Source of the DNA: Candidatus Bathyarchaeota archaeon | Lineage (GTDB): Archaea; Thermoproteota; Bathyarchaeia; Bathyarchaeales; Bathycorpusculaceae | Direction of reading: 5' to 3' | NCBI GenBank assembly: GCA_963780185.1 | Contig: CAWABA010000001.1 | Location: forward strand, 265,621-329,620 | Length of the DNA: 64,000 nt | In this document: piece by piece, positions 61,856 to 64,000 of the stretch | How the letters are laid out: every line of letters begins with the position of its first letter | Numbering within the stretch: the first letter of the stretch is position 1 | Notes under the pieces: generated by a model | What the model saw: only the letters and a program-made list of their open reading frames with translations | Told to the model about the DNA's origin: nothing | The model's database searches: none | Translations under genes and position numbers: made by a program

Positions 61856-61941
61856 AAATATAAAATTATTGGTGAATTGGGTTGCGGGGTTTTTCCGTGT
61901 TGGTTTTTCGGCTTGTTTTTTTTGGTGGCTTTGCCGTAGGA

Positions 61942-62111
61942 TAAGTTGAGACTTTTTCTTTTTGCGTTTCTGGTTGCTTTTTTGGTTCTAAGCTTGAATT
62001 GCTTGCAGGTCTGGTCGTGTCTGGTCGTGTTCTATGTTGCGTATTGTCGGTTGCGACTTTCTGCGACTTTCCCATGTTGAAATCCGGCGGTGGCATTCCC
62101 GGTATGGGCGG
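61942..62111 (-). repeat. Dispersed intergenic element, copy B
   Basis: TAAGTTGAGACTTTT, GGTTGCTTTTTTGGTT, TGCGACTTT twice, CATGTTGA, GGCATT, GTATGGGCGG; internal tandem CTGGTCGTGT twice. Confidence 0.8.
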
Positions 62112-62143
62112 GTTGATGGATGGTCGGTTGAGAAAGCGGACGA

Positions 62144-62426
62144 CTAAACCTCGGGGAAGAACCGTTTCATAAACGCAACTATCGCTTGGCTTTCCCTCGG
62201 GTTAAGCGCCACCTGCAAACCATAACCTGTGGGTTTAGGAATAACCCAGCCTTGACGGACAAGGTCCCTTGCGATCGCCTCAATCCTCTTTTTTCCCATG
62301 TTTCCCGAGGTCGGTGTCTTTGAAGCCTTTCTGCAGGTTGTCGAAGGCTGTGTGGCTTGCTCCCCAGTTGCCTCTCTTGTGAAGCTTTAAGAGAATCGTG
62401 GCTTTTATCTGGTCGTCGGAAAGCAT
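62144..62426 (-). CDS. Small basic winged-helix-like hypothetical protein (indel in the homopolymer near 62290)
   Basis: MLSDDQIKATILLKLHKRGNWGASHT...; shifted frame continues IEAIARDLVRQGWVIPKPTGYGLQVALNPRESQAIVAFMKRFFPEV. Confidence 0.7.
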
Positions 62427-62506
62427 AAGTTCACTTTTGATACTTTCAAACGTACTATTCTTATATACTTTGGCATTGTTTAATTCAATCAAGGTCTGCA
62501 CTGGAA

Positions 62507-62855
62507 ATGTCATACAAAGCCGACGAAACATTACTGCTCAAATACTTAGGAGACAGCCCAACGCTGAGAATCATCGATTTCTTCTTAGACAACCCGCTCT
62601 CCGACTACTCCAAAAACGAAGTCGCAAACAACCTCGCCATGAGCAGAGCAACATTCTTCAAATACTGGAAAGAACTCGAAAAATCAGATGCCCTCATCGC
62701 AACCCGCAAAATAGGAAGAGCAACCCTCTACAAACTTGACAGAACCAACGAAATCGTAAAACAGCTAATCAATGCTCGACATGACCATTGCACGAAAAGA
62801 AATGGAAAAACAAAGCGTAGAAAACGAAAAGCAGATTGCAATCAAAACAAGCTAG
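62507..62855 (+). CDS. Winged-helix (ArsR/TrmB-like) DNA-binding protein (indel near 62772)
   Basis: LGDSPTLRIIDFFL, YSKNEVA..MSRATF...L, RKIGRATLYKL; corrected frame ends at TAG 62853-62855. Confidence 0.8.
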
Positions 62856-63271
62856 ATAAAGGACAGAAATTCTCTCAAAAAAGAAAACAACTTTTTCGGT
62901 TAAGGGATTTAAATCTGGTTGACGACCGATGCGACTTTGGGAAGGGCGGTTTTGGGATTTTTTGTTGGAATAGCATGTTGGTAAGCGGCGAAACTCCTCA
63001 AGCTTTCAAGAAACTCCAAATACACAAAACATTGAGCATCCAGCTTCTAATTGGAGACTAAAAAGAACAATTTTCTCTGCCCGAAACAATCATCAAGATA
63101 GCGTTTTTTAATAACTTTCTGATTCACCCAAGTTGTTGGTTCTACAACAGCCAATCCGCCTGGGACGGCGACATCATCCCTCGCCTAGTCGTGCAGGTTT
63201 TGAGTGAAACAGCTTAAATCCAACCAAGCATTAAAATTGTTACAAGTCATCTTTGGGATGTTGGGATGTTT

Positions 63272-64000
63272 ATGAGAAGCGACGAAATAAAACGTGGCAG
63301 TAGAACGGTCGTCGCACAGAGCCCTCCTTAAGAGTTTAGGTTTAACAGACGAGGACATGACTAAACCGTTCATCGGAATAGCGAACAGTTACACCAACAT
63401 CGTTCCAGGTCACGTTCACCTGCGGGCAATCGGCGAAGCCGTGAAAGAAGGCATCCTGGCGGCGGGCGGAACACCCTTTGAATTCAACACCATCGCCGTA
63501 TGCGACGGCATAGCCATGGGGCACGAAGGCATGCGTTACAGCCTCCCCAGCCGCGAATTAATCGCTGACTCAGTGGAAATCATGATGCAGGCGCCACCGC
63601 CTCGACGGTATGGTCACCGTCTCGAACTGCGACAAGATCACGCCAGGCATGCTTATGGCGGCGGCAACGGCTCAACGTGCCTGCAATCGCCGTCACAGGC
63701 GGACCCATGGAGTCAGGCGTACTTGGACGGGCAAAAAGTCGGCGTCAACGACGTCTTCGAAGTCGTCGGCAAAGTCTTCGCGGGCAAAATGAACTGAGCA
63801 GGAATGCTGCACGGCTGGAAAACGTGGCTTGCCCAGGCTGCGGCAGCTGCAACGGCATGTTCACCGCCAACACGATGGCATGCATGACCGAAGCCTTAGG
63901 CATGTCTCTGCCTTACTGCGCAACCGCCTTGGCGAACGGCGCGCCACAAGCAGCGAATCGCCAAAGAGTCAGGAGTAAAAGTGGTGGAGCTGGTTAAACG
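63272..64000 (+). CDS. ilvD: Dihydroxy-acid dehydratase (partial, several indels)
   Basis: [53 protein letters not shown]. Confidence 0.95.

Noticed and set aside
58832-61941. Composite transposon between the inverted repeats
   Set aside because: No transposase or target duplication; cargo is core genes
425-63997. Numerous antisense or overlapping ORFs in the track (e.g. 27612-28259, 29478-30047, 37970-38398, 4324-4806)
   Set aside because: They are shadows of well-supported genes on the other strand or frame; the Cys/Tyr-rich 37970 ORF is just the antisense of the poly-Asn tract
1607-64000. Frameshifts in argG, argH, carA, carB, top1B, dppA, ilvD and others as programmed frameshifting or pseudogenisation
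   Set aside because: They are scattered single-base indels, often at short homopolymers, in otherwise intact conserved genes with no common slippery motif. Long-read error is the simplest explanation; read polishing would confirm.

Overview
Archaeal genomic window, most consistent with Bathyarchaeia. This is inferred from the combination of eukaryote-like topoisomerase IB, Ftr, aRF1, Alba, DGGGP synthase and PEF-type C-terminal sorting signals. The core content is amino-acid metabolism (thrC, argG-argH-carA-carB, a sulfide-dependent homocysteine module, ilvA, leuA/cimA, ilvD), a dpp/opp ABC operon, an 8-PAS hybrid kinase, several secreted or membrane-anchored proteins and tRNA-Ala(TGC). Many genes are split by single-base indels, most likely long-read errors. 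Two accessory regions stand out. The first is an AT-rich island at about 9.4-14.6 kb with a DUF5678-like/retropepsin pair, a HEPN-like ORF, an active plus degenerate PD-(D/E)XK nuclease pair and a repeat-flanked cassette. The second is a set of nested islets at the 3' end of tRNA-Ala carrying VapBC and zinc-finger microproteins. The best leads are: the nuclease pair; an HExxH protease beside Top1B; a glutaminyl cyclase with secreted proteins whose mature forms start with Gln; a ~175-bp dispersed intergenic element with AAAGTCGCA iterons, present twice in inverted orientation; a membrane protein with a Gln-rich cytoplasmic tail next to a TPR gene; and a candidate structured ncRNA. All family calls are from motif recognition by eye; no searches were run.
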